Origin: a bacterium | GTDB taxonomy: Bacteria > UBP7 > UBA6624 > JBBIMK01 | Direction: 5' to 3' | Assembly: GCA_037444445.1 (NCBI GenBank) | Contig: JBBIMK010000035.1 | Location: forward strand, 1-16,388 | DNA: 16,388 bases | Part shown: one piece after another, positions 8,389 through 15,641 of the stretch | Layout of the letters: every line of letters begins with the position of its first letter | Numbering within the stretch: the stretch's first letter is position 1 | Program-made: the position numbers and the translations under genes | The notes under the pieces: model-generated | The model's input: the letters and a program-made list of their open reading frames with translations, nothing else | Told to the model about the DNA's origin: nothing | The model's database searches: none

Positions 8389-9516
8389 ATGAAACCCTTC
8401 AGCGACTGGTATCATCACAGGCACGAATATGCGAAGGAGTGGAAAAAACGAACCGGTGGTAAAGTGTTCGGCTACTTCTGCACCTATGTGCCGGAGGAGA
8501 TTCTATATGCAGGGAACATCCTCCCGGTGCGAATCTTAGGCAGTCATGAGCCTCAGGATGTAACCGAGCCTCATATTTTTTCTATGTTCTGCCCTTTCTG
8601 TCGGGATTGCCTGGCGCAGGGGCTGAAGGGGCGTTATGACTACCTGGACGGGATTGTGATTGCGCAATCCTGCCTTCATATCCGGCAGGCTTTCACTTCC
8701 TGGCAACTCCACATCCCCACACCCTTCTCGTACTACATCCCTTTCCCTGTGAATCTGCAAAGCCCAAGGGCATTGCCCTATTTGACTGAAGAGCTCCGGC
8801 AATTCAAGCTCTCCGTGGAAAACTGGCTGGGGAAGCCCATCGCGGATGAGGACCTGGATAGAGGGATTGAAGTGATGAACACCCACCGCAGATTGCTCAT
8901 GGAACTTTACTCTACCCGAAAATCAGAGAATCCTCCGATAACGGGTTTGGACGCCATGTATGCCGTAGTGTCCAGCCAGATAGCGGACAAGACGGAGCAT
9001 AATCAGGCGCTGACAGAAGTGCTGGATAACCTGCGCCGCTCTCCATCCCAGGGAAGCCATCGGGGCAAGGTGCGCCTAATGATTTTAGGAAGCGAGGATG
9101 ATGATACGGAATTTGTAAAGATGGTGGAGTCCGTCGGAGCCATCTTTGTGATAGATGAGCATTGCACGGGAACCCGGTATTTCTGGGAGGAAGTGAAGCC
9201 CGATGGGGATCGTCTGAAGGCGATTGCGGAGCGGTATATTCGGAGACCGCCCTGCCCGAGCAAGGACTGGCCCGAGCGGCGCCGGATTCCCCACATTCTT
9301 TCCCTGGCGAAAGAGTATCAGGTTCAGGGGGTCATCCTGATACAGCAGAAATTCTGCGACCCTCACGAGTTGGATATTCCCGCTATCCGGCAGGCTTTCA
9401 AGGAGGCGGGCATACCCACCCTCTTTTTAGAGTTTGATGTCACGGTTCCATACGGGCAGTTCCGCACCCGTGTGGAAGCCCTGCTGGAAACCATTCAACA
9501 GGAGGAATTATTCTGA
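8389..9516 (+). CDS. bzdN: Bzd/Bcr-type ATP-dependent aryl-CoA reductase core subunit (BzdN/BcrC/BadD-like; HgdB-type 2-hydroxyacyl-CoA-dehydratase fold)
   Basis: 375-aa ORF with an ATG start preceded by GGGAGGG. The motif [22 protein letters not shown] is typical of the BcrC/HgdB family. Conserved Cys at [19 protein letters not shown] and KFCDPH. Size and position (first of four) match bzdN/bcrC. Confidence 0.78.
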   Translation: MKPFSDWYHHRHEYAKEWKKRTGGKVFGYFCTYVPEEILYAGNILPVRILGSHEPQDVTEPHIFSMFCPFCRDCLAQGLKGRYDYLDGIVIAQSCLHIRQAFTSWQLHIPTPFSYYIPFPVNLQSPRALPYLTEELRQFKLSVENWLGKPIADEDLDRGIEVMNTHRRLLMELYSTRKSENPPITGLDAMYAVVSSQIADKTEHNQALTEVLDNLRRSPSQGSHRGKVRLMILGSEDDDTEFVKMVESVGAIFVIDEHCTGTRYFWEEVKPDGDRLKAIAERYIRRPPCPSKDWPERRRIPHILSLAKEYQVQGVILIQQKFCDPHELDIPAIRQAFKEAGIPTLFLEFDVTVPYGQFRTRVEALLETIQQEELF

Positions 9517-9517
9517 A

Positions 9518-10822
9518 ATGAAAAAGTATAAAACAGAGCCGTTGAAATGCTGGGGGAAGGCGAAGGAGCTTCGGATGGCGTATTATAAAAATTACGCTTC
9601 CGCGAAGGAGAAAGGCGGGCTACGATGGGCTGGCGGAGCCTGGTCGTTTGATGCCATCCCTCAAGGTCTGGGCGACGATGTCTATCCTCTCACCGGTGAG
9701 CCTTATGCCGCTTCCATCGCCTGGATGAAAGACTTTGCTCTCCAGTGCCAGGAAGCGGTGGAACGCGCAGGCTTCGCTCATGATTTGTGCTCTTATATGC
9801 GAAATTACTGGGGCTCCGTCCTCTTGAATCAATACGCCTTCGGCGGGCCTTTCCCCAGGCCGGATTTTATCTGGCAGAACCATATTTGCTGTAGCCATGC
9901 CAAATGGTATCAGGTGGTCAGGGAACTGGAGAAGCGCGACATCCCGATGTATTCCATAGATGTCAGCGTGGGTCCCTTCAAGGAATTGACCCCGAGCAGG
10001 GTGGATTATATTGTCGGGCAGATGCTGGATGGCATTGAGTTCCTGGAACGAGTAACCGGCAGGAGTTATGATGACGAAAAACTGATTCAAGCGGTCTACA
10101 ATCACTGTCGAACCTCCTCCGTTTGGGCGGAGATTTGTGCACTGAATAAAACAGTTCCAGCCCCCCTGGAGGAGAAAACGATGTATTCCCTGTATGTATT
10201 CGGCACTCTCCATAAGAGCAGTCAGTGGGTTGCGGATTTCTATGAAGAACTAAGGGATGAAGTGGCCGAGCGAGTTCAGAGAGGAATCGCCGCCATTGAG
10301 AACGAGAGGTGCCGGGTCATCACGGACACCCAGCCACCCTGGGGCTTTTTGAATGTCTTCCGCTACCTGGAAAAATACGGTTGCATTTCCGTGGGTTCTT
10401 TATATACCTTCGGCCTCATCGGCGCCTGGGAAATCAAGCCCGATGGCACCTGGGGCCCCAAAACCACACCCCAGCAGAAAGGCATCCTGTTGAAAGGGCG
10501 AGAAGAAGCCCTCCGATATCTAACAGAATGGGAACTTTCCAAGCCCGAGTGGCAACACTTCTATCATCCTCAATTGAAATCAGAAATGCTCCTTCGCATC
10601 GCGAAGGAGTGGAAACTGAATGGCGTGATATTGCACTACAATCGGGGATGCGAAGGGTTGAGCCTCGGGATTGCGGAGAACCGCCTCGCCATCATAAAAG
10701 CGGGTATCCCGGTGATGGTGTTTGAAGGGAATATGGGCGATGAACGGGAATTTGACGAGGCCAGAACCATTTCCCGTATTGATGCCTTCATGGAAAGTTT
10801 AGGGATGGTGAAAACCGGATGA
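9518..10822 (+). CDS. bzdO: Bzd/Bcr-type ATP-dependent aryl-CoA reductase core subunit (BzdO/BcrB/BadE-like; HgdA-type fold)
   Basis: The ORF track starts at 9434, inside the previous gene. ATG 9518, one nt after the bzdN-like stop (TGAAATG), gives a 434-aa protein. It begins [23 protein letters not shown], which I recognise as the BzdO/BcrB-type N-terminus. The C-terminal HYNRGCEG...[13 protein letters not shown] is typical of the family. Confidence 0.78.
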   Translation: MKKYKTEPLKCWGKAKELRMAYYKNYASAKEKGGLRWAGGAWSFDAIPQGLGDDVYPLTGEPYAASIAWMKDFALQCQEAVERAGFAHDLCSYMRNYWGSVLLNQYAFGGPFPRPDFIWQNHICCSHAKWYQVVRELEKRDIPMYSIDVSVGPFKELTPSRVDYIVGQMLDGIEFLERVTGRSYDDEKLIQAVYNHCRTSSVWAEICALNKTVPAPLEEKTMYSLYVFGTLHKSSQWVADFYEELRDEVAERVQRGIAAIENERCRVITDTQPPWGFLNVFRYLEKYGCISVGSLYTFGLIGAWEIKPDGTWGPKTTPQQKGILLKGREEALRYLTEWELSKPEWQHFYHPQLKSEMLLRIAKEWKLNGVILHYNRGCEGLSLGIAENRLAIIKAGIPVMVFEGNMGDEREFDEARTISRIDAFMESLGMVKTG

Positions 10823-11589
10823 TTTACGCAGGATTGGATTGTGGAGCGAGGAATACGAGGGCTCTTCTGTGGGATGGGAAGGGCATTTTAGCACGAAGCA
10901 GTCATCTGACAGGCTTTGAGCCGAGAATCGTGGCGAAAGAGGTTCACATAGAGGCTCTACGGGCAGCGGGTGCGGAGTGGCAGGATGTGGCGCATATCAC
11001 CGCCACTGGCACCGGAAAAGGGTCCGTGGACTTCGCCCACAGCACCATCACGGAAGTCAGCGCCAATGCCAGAGCCATTTCCTTCCTCTTCCCACGGGTT
11101 CGCACATTGATTGATGTGGGAGCGGAGGAGGGCAGAGCCATCAAAATGGATGCGTCGGGGAAAGTGGTGGACTTCGCTATCAATGAAAAATGTGCCGCCG
11201 GGGCAGGAACTTTTATTGAGACGATGGCACGGGCCCTGGAGGTGTCGCTGGAAGAAATGGGGCCCCTGGCCCTCCGCTCCTCTCGCTCTGTGCCTATGAA
11301 CGCCCAGTGCGCTGTATTCGCTGAATCTGAGGTGGTCTCCCTCATCCACTCCAGAACCCCCAAGGAGGACATCGCCCGCGCTATTCATGACGCCATTGCA
11401 GAACGAATCTCCTCTCTGGTCCGAAGGGTGGGAATGGAACAGGATGTGGCTTTAATCGGAGGTATGGCGAAAAACATCGCATTCTACGAAGCCCTGAAGC
11501 GGAACCTGGGCGTGGAGATTATCCTGCCTTCTGATGTGGACTTCATCGGTGCGCTGGGTGCCGCTCTGACGGCTGAAGAAAGAAGGTGA
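10819..11589 (+). CDS. bzdP: BcrD/BzdP/BadG-type ATPase subunit (ASKHA fold, [4Fe-4S]-bridging, HgdC-activase-like)
   Basis: 256-aa ORF whose ATG overlaps the previous stop (ATGA). The cluster Cys motifs [13 protein letters not shown] and [12 protein letters not shown] and the adenosine motif LIGGMAKN are present. The phosphate-1/2 motifs are divergent ([22 protein letters not shown]). Confidence 0.78.
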   Translation: MIYAGLDCGARNTRALLWDGKGILARSSHLTGFEPRIVAKEVHIEALRAAGAEWQDVAHITATGTGKGSVDFAHSTITEVSANARAISFLFPRVRTLIDVGAEEGRAIKMDASGKVVDFAINEKCAAGAGTFIETMARALEVSLEEMGPLALRSSRSVPMNAQCAVFAESEVVSLIHSRTPKEDIARAIHDAIAERISSLVRRVGMEQDVALIGGMAKNIAFYEALKRNLGVEIILPSDVDFIGALGAALTAEERR

Positions 11590-11590
11590 G

Positions 11591-12472
11591 ATGCAGATGG
11601 AAAAATCGTCTAAAGAATACTGGCGCTGGCCAGAGACCCGCTGGACTTCTCCCGATATGGACTGGCATTCCGCAGGCGTTCTGACCGCAGGGGTAGATGT
11701 GGGCTCTGTATCCAGCCAGGCTGTCATCCTCGCAGATGGAAATCTATTCGCCTACAGCAACTGCCGAACGGGCTCCAGTAGCCCGGAGTCCGCTCAAAAG
11801 GCTCTTGCCTGGGCGATGGAAGGCACTGGAATAAAGATGGAAGACATTCGGTATATCGTGGGCACAGGCTATGGGCGGGTGAATATCCCCTTTGCGAACC
11901 GGGCGATAACGGAGATAGCCTGCCATGCCCGGGGCGGGAATTTTATCTACGGTCCCTCCGTTCGCACCATCCTGGATATGGGAGGACAGGATTGTAAAGC
12001 CATCCGGTGCGATGAGCGGGGAAAAGTCACGGAATTCCTGATGAATGACAAGTGCGCAGCGGGAACCGGACGCGGAATGGAAGTCTTCGCCGACTTGATG
12101 GCTGTCCCCATCGAAGAAATCGGGAATATGTCCCTGGATGTAGAGGAAGAGCCACCGCCAGTCTCCAGCACCTGTGTGGTGTTTGCCAAGTCGGAGGCGA
12201 TTGGGTTATTAAGAGGAGGCTGGCCCCTGAAGAAAGTCCTTGCTGGCTACCATTCTGCTATGGCGCATCGGGTGGTGGAACTCCTGGGCAGGCTGGGTGT
12301 GGAGAAGGAGTTCGCCATCACCGGCGGAATCGCAAAAAATGTAGGCATCGTGAAAAGAATTGAGCGAGAGCTGGGAATTACTGCCCTGAAACCCACCCTG
12401 GACCCCCAGATTGCCGGCGCTCTGGGGGCAGCGCTCTTCGCCAGAGCCCTTTACGAAAAGGAGAAGAAATGA
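11591..12472 (+). CDS. bzdQ: BcrA/BzdQ/BadF-type ATPase subunit (ASKHA fold, [4Fe-4S]-bridging)
   Basis: 293-aa ORF whose ATG lies 1 nt after the previous stop. It has the N-terminal extension KEYWRWPETRWTSPDMDW, then canonical GVDVGSVSSQAV, DMGGQDCKAI, NDKCAAGTGRGME, SSTCVVFAKSEA and ITGGIAKN. Two different small (~30 kDa) ATPases fit the Azoarcus/Bzd-type rather than the Thauera type, which has a ~48 kDa BcrA. Confidence 0.78.
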   Translation: MQMEKSSKEYWRWPETRWTSPDMDWHSAGVLTAGVDVGSVSSQAVILADGNLFAYSNCRTGSSSPESAQKALAWAMEGTGIKMEDIRYIVGTGYGRVNIPFANRAITEIACHARGGNFIYGPSVRTILDMGGQDCKAIRCDERGKVTEFLMNDKCAAGTGRGMEVFADLMAVPIEEIGNMSLDVEEEPPPVSSTCVVFAKSEAIGLLRGGWPLKKVLAGYHSAMAHRVVELLGRLGVEKEFAITGGIAKNVGIVKRIERELGITALKPTLDPQIAGALGAALFARALYEKEKK

Positions 12473-12756
12473 TTGCCCATTACGGGTATAAGGATGGCTC
12501 CGGTGAGTATTTCATCGGGATTGATACCGATAAATGCGACGGGTGCGGCAAGTGCGTCCCTGCCTGCCCCTACAATGTCCTGGAGATAGGGGAGGATGAA
12601 AATGACCCCTTCCGAGAACTACCTGTGGCAAAAGTCGTGGAAGCGGAGAGGAAGAAGATTAAGTACACCTGTGCTCCCTGTAAGCCCGTAGCCGGCAGGA
12701 AAGAGTTGCCCTGCATCCTCTCCTGCCCTGTGAATGCCATTTCTCACTCCTGGTAA
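12469..12756 (+). CDS. 2x[4Fe-4S] ferredoxin with a non-canonical second cluster motif (BzdM-position ferredoxin)
   Basis: 95-aa ORF whose ATG overlaps the bzdQ-like stop (ATGA). Cluster I is C23-x2-C26-x2-C29-x3-C33-P. Cluster II is C68-x2-C71-x10-C82-x3-C86-P. Its position directly after the ATPase genes mirrors bzdM in the Azoarcus bzd cluster. Confidence 0.8.
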   Translation: MIAHYGYKDGSGEYFIGIDTDKCDGCGKCVPACPYNVLEIGEDENDPFRELPVAKVVEAERKKIKYTCAPCKPVAGRKELPCILSCPVNAISHSW

Positions 12757-12833
12757 AATGCCCGCCCCCTGCCATTTCCATCGTGGCAAAGAGAGGAAGT
12801 GCCCCCGCCTTCTGACCCTGCTATACAAAAACG

Positions 12834-15365
12834 ATGAATAGAGTTTCACTCTATATGAATGGCAAGCAGGTTCAAGCATCGGCAGGAACTTCCCTCTTAG
12901 AGGTTGCGTGGCAGGCGAACATCTATATTCCCCAGTTGTGTGCTCATCCTGCCATACCCTTTTCCATCGGTAGCACGAAGGTTTCTCCTCCACCGACGGA
13001 ATCCATTTTTATCGGTGGACAACAGTTCTATCATGAAAGAGTTAGCAAGGAATATGAAGGATGCGGGCTGTGCCTGATTTCCATAGAAGGCAGGGAAGAG
13101 TTTTTCCACGCTTGCACCACCCCTTCTGCTGAGGGAATGAAGATATGGACGGATACCCCCGCACTCAGAAGGGAGAGGCAGAAAAGGCTTTCCTCCATTC
13201 TAACGAATCATCCTCATGCTTGCCTGACCTGTGCACAAAATCGCGGGTGTAGTCTCACTCAGTGCTCCAGCAATGTTCCCATCGGGGAGCGATGCTGTCC
13301 TGTGTTCCAGGAGTGTGAATTGCGAAAGGTGGCAGAATATGTGGGCATCCCTCCTGATGCCCCTCGCTACATCCCGAAGGGGCTTCCTGCCGCAGATGAT
13401 GACCCTCTGATTCTAATGGATTTTAACCTGTGTATCTCCTGCCTCCGGTGTGTAAGGATTTGTGTGGATGTTCGTGGAGTGGGCGCCCTCGGATACATCT
13501 TTCAGGATGGGAAAGTTCTGGTGGGAAGCCGGGCTCCCACACTTCGGGAATCGGCCTGCCGTTTCTGCCTGTCCTGCGTAGAAGTGTGCCCCACAGGCGC
13601 CCTGAGAGATAAAAAATCCTATTATACCAGAAAGGTTCCCTGCCAGTCTGCTTGCCCGGTGGGAATGGATGTGCCGAATTATATTCGGGCAATCGCTCTA
13701 CGGGATTATCCAACATCCATCCGATACATTTCCGGAAACATCCCCCTTACTTCCTGCTTGAGTAGAGTTTGCCACCATCCCTGTGAATCTGCATGCTTGC
13801 GGAATGAACTGGACGAGGCGGTTGCTATCTGTGGGCTGAAACGGTTCGCCTTAGACCAGACTGGATGGCTTTCCGATTTTACACCACCATCGGAGAACGG
13901 CAAGAAAATAGCCATCATAGGCTCCGGACCCGCCGGGCTTTCCGCTGGCTATTATTTAAGGAAAAAAGGCTATGATGTGACTGTGTTTGAGAAGGAACCC
14001 TCCGCTGGCGGGATGCTACGAATGGGCATTCCTCGCTTCCGCCTGCCAGAAGAGATTCTTCAAAAAGACCTCTCTGGTCTTCAAAATATGGGCATTAAAA
14101 TCCGTGCTGGCGTTGCCATAGACAATCCTGCCTCCCTTTTGGGCTTAAAGGAACAGGGCTACCAGGCCATCTTCATCGCCACCGGTGCGGGCTTAGCCAA
14201 AAAAATCCCCTTGCCCGGAGTTGAGAATGAGGAGGTCTTCTGGGGACTGGATTTCCTGAAAAATGTTGCCGCAGGCTTTTCCCCTGATTTCCGTGGGAAA
14301 AAAGTGGTGGTCATCGGCGGAGGAAATGTGGCGATGGATGTGGCCCTGACTGCAAGAAGATTCGGCGCCTCCTCCGTGAACATCGTTTGCCTGGAAAGAA
14401 GAGATGAAATGCCTGCCTTTGAAAAAGAGATAGAGAATGCCATAGAAGAAGGAATCGTTCTCCATCCTAACTGGGGCCCCAGACAAATTCTGTGTGCGAG
14501 TGGCAGGGTTTCTGGCGTGGAATTTATCCTTTGCACCAGGGTCTTTGATGAAGAAAAACGGTTCAACCCCTCTCTGGATGAATCCACCACGATGACTCTT
14601 CCTGCGGATGTGGTCATCCTCGCCATCGGGCAGGCGCAAGACCTCTCCCATTTCCCCAAACCAGTGCTGAATACGGTGGGGAAAGTGTCCGTAGACCCTG
14701 CATCTATGCAGACTCCCATCCCCGGTATCTTTGCAGGTGGGGAAGCGGTGAAAAGCCCTTCCTCCGTCGTGGAAGCCATTGCCGACGGGAAAAAAGCGGC
14801 GGAAGCCATTGACCTCTTCCTCGGTGGAGACGGTATCCTGCAGGACGGATTGGAGAGTGCAGGGGAATCCCGGTTCAATCGGGACTTCCAAAAAGTATTC
14901 AAAGGGTGGCTGGGAAAACAGGAAGGATTCGCTCAACGACAGCGAGAAAATATGCCCGTCCTCCCCCTGAATCGGCGCCAGGGATTTGATGAAATTGCTC
15001 TCGGCTTCACCGAAGAAATGGCACTCCGGGAGGCAACCCGATGCCTCCAATGCGACTTACGGGTTTCCATTCCACCCGTTCCATTACCCCCCCCGAAGTT
15101 CTTCCCTTTCAATGATGAATCAATCCGACTGGCGCCAGAGATGGAAGGCGTGATTCAACTCTTGAATGAGAAAATGGAGGTGGTGTTAATCAAAGGAACG
15201 CCCAATATAAACACTGCCCTGCGGGAACACTCCGGGAAAAAAGGTGTGAAATTCTTCCTGTTTGAATTACATCCGATGTTCACCCAGAGGGAGAGCGAAC
15301 TCTTACAGGAGCACTTGAAAAAATACGGAACCCTGCCCCAGGAAGACCTGGAAGACCTCTTCTGA
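12834..15365 (+). CDS. 843-aa multidomain Fe-S flavoprotein: NuoG/[FeFe]-hydrogenase-like N-terminus fused to a GltD/NfnB-like NAD(P)H:FAD oxidoreductase and a novel C-terminal module; putative ferredoxin-regenerating enzyme
   Basis: N-terminus: [2Fe-2S] motif C36...C77-x2-C80-x13-C94; His-ligated [4Fe-4S] motif H126-x3-C130-x2-C133-x5-C139; two ferredoxin motifs C200xxCxxCxxxC and C242xxCxxCxxxCP. GltD-type N-domain: C270...C274P ... C313HHPC317ESAC321. Flavoprotein body: FAD fold KKIAIIGSGPAGLSAGYYL...VFEK and NAD(P)H fold KKVVVIGGGNVAMDVA. C-terminus: EATRCLQCDL, a Pro-rich linker and a ~90-aa terminal module. Confidence 0.85.
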   Translation: MNRVSLYMNGKQVQASAGTSLLEVAWQANIYIPQLCAHPAIPFSIGSTKVSPPPTESIFIGGQQFYHERVSKEYEGCGLCLISIEGREEFFHACTTPSAEGMKIWTDTPALRRERQKRLSSILTNHPHACLTCAQNRGCSLTQCSSNVPIGERCCPVFQECELRKVAEYVGIPPDAPRYIPKGLPAADDDPLILMDFNLCISCLRCVRICVDVRGVGALGYIFQDGKVLVGSRAPTLRESACRFCLSCVEVCPTGALRDKKSYYTRKVPCQSACPVGMDVPNYIRAIALRDYPTSIRYISGNIPLTSCLSRVCHHPCESACLRNELDEAVAICGLKRFALDQTGWLSDFTPPSENGKKIAIIGSGPAGLSAGYYLRKKGYDVTVFEKEPSAGGMLRMGIPRFRLPEEILQKDLSGLQNMGIKIRAGVAIDNPASLLGLKEQGYQAIFIATGAGLAKKIPLPGVENEEVFWGLDFLKNVAAGFSPDFRGKKVVVIGGGNVAMDVALTARRFGASSVNIVCLERRDEMPAFEKEIENAIEEGIVLHPNWGPRQILCASGRVSGVEFILCTRVFDEEKRFNPSLDESTTMTLPADVVILAIGQAQDLSHFPKPVLNTVGKVSVDPASMQTPIPGIFAGGEAVKSPSSVVEAIADGKKAAEAIDLFLGGDGILQDGLESAGESRFNRDFQKVFKGWLGKQEGFAQRQRENMPVLPLNRRQGFDEIALGFTEEMALREATRCLQCDLRVSIPPVPLPPPKFFPFNDESIRLAPEMEGVIQLLNEKMEVVLIKGTPNINTALREHSGKKGVKFFLFELHPMFTQRESELLQEHLKKYGTLPQEDLEDLF

Positions 15366-15607
15366 CCGACAAATGTCTACCCACCTGCCATTCTGAGCGA
15401 AGGGAAGAGTCTCCTGTATTGAGGGTCCAACAATCCATCCTGCACGCTTGCCAGCACGCCGATGACAGCACCACCTCTCATTGGTAATTTTTAAGGCACT
15501 TGGCAAGCGACTTGCCTCCCATTATAATAACTAACGATGCACACCCGGGCTTCAAACTTCGTTTTTCACCATTTTCCCCCAGAGAAACGGAGCGATTCCG
15601 AGGTATA

Positions 15608-15641
15608 TGGCAATGGCACCCACCCCTGTCTGCCATTGGCA
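15608..15641. repeat. inverted repeat TGGCAATGGCA / TGCCATTGGCA (11-nt arms, one mismatch; 8-bp perfect core CAATGGCA/TGCCATTG) around a 12-nt spacer
   Basis: Read directly: 15611-15618 is the exact reverse complement of 15631-15638. It lies about 90-120 bp upstream of the integrase start in otherwise non-coding DNA. Confidence 0.5.

Noticed and set aside
9434-9517. ORF-track start of the BzdO-like gene at 9434, giving an 84-nt overlap with the preceding gene.
   Set aside because: The N-terminal extension ([28 protein letters not shown]) is just the out-of-frame reading of the bzdN-like 3' end. ATG 9518 directly follows the upstream stop and yields the family-typical N-terminus [12 protein letters not shown].
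14159-15050. Long minus-strand ORFs (247 and 285 aa) inside the 843-aa gene. Similar antisense ORFs occur at 9620-10213, 10944-11388, 2873-3562, 4668-5231 and 5771-6184.
   Set aside because: They lie antisense to genes with strong family motifs. Their translations are Pro/Ser/Arg/Gly-rich and low-complexity, with no motifs or SD sequences. This is typical shadow-frame openness in moderately GC-rich coding DNA.
15087-15094. C8 homopolymer in the oxidoreductase linker, and a G7 run at 6275-6281 in the cyclophilin 5' region, as phase-variation switches.
   Set aside because: Both encode proline runs (PPP / PP) in plausible linker or signal-peptide contexts. The frames remain open and protein-like on both sides, and the tracts are short for slipped-strand switching. 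They are kept only as a sequencing-accuracy caveat.
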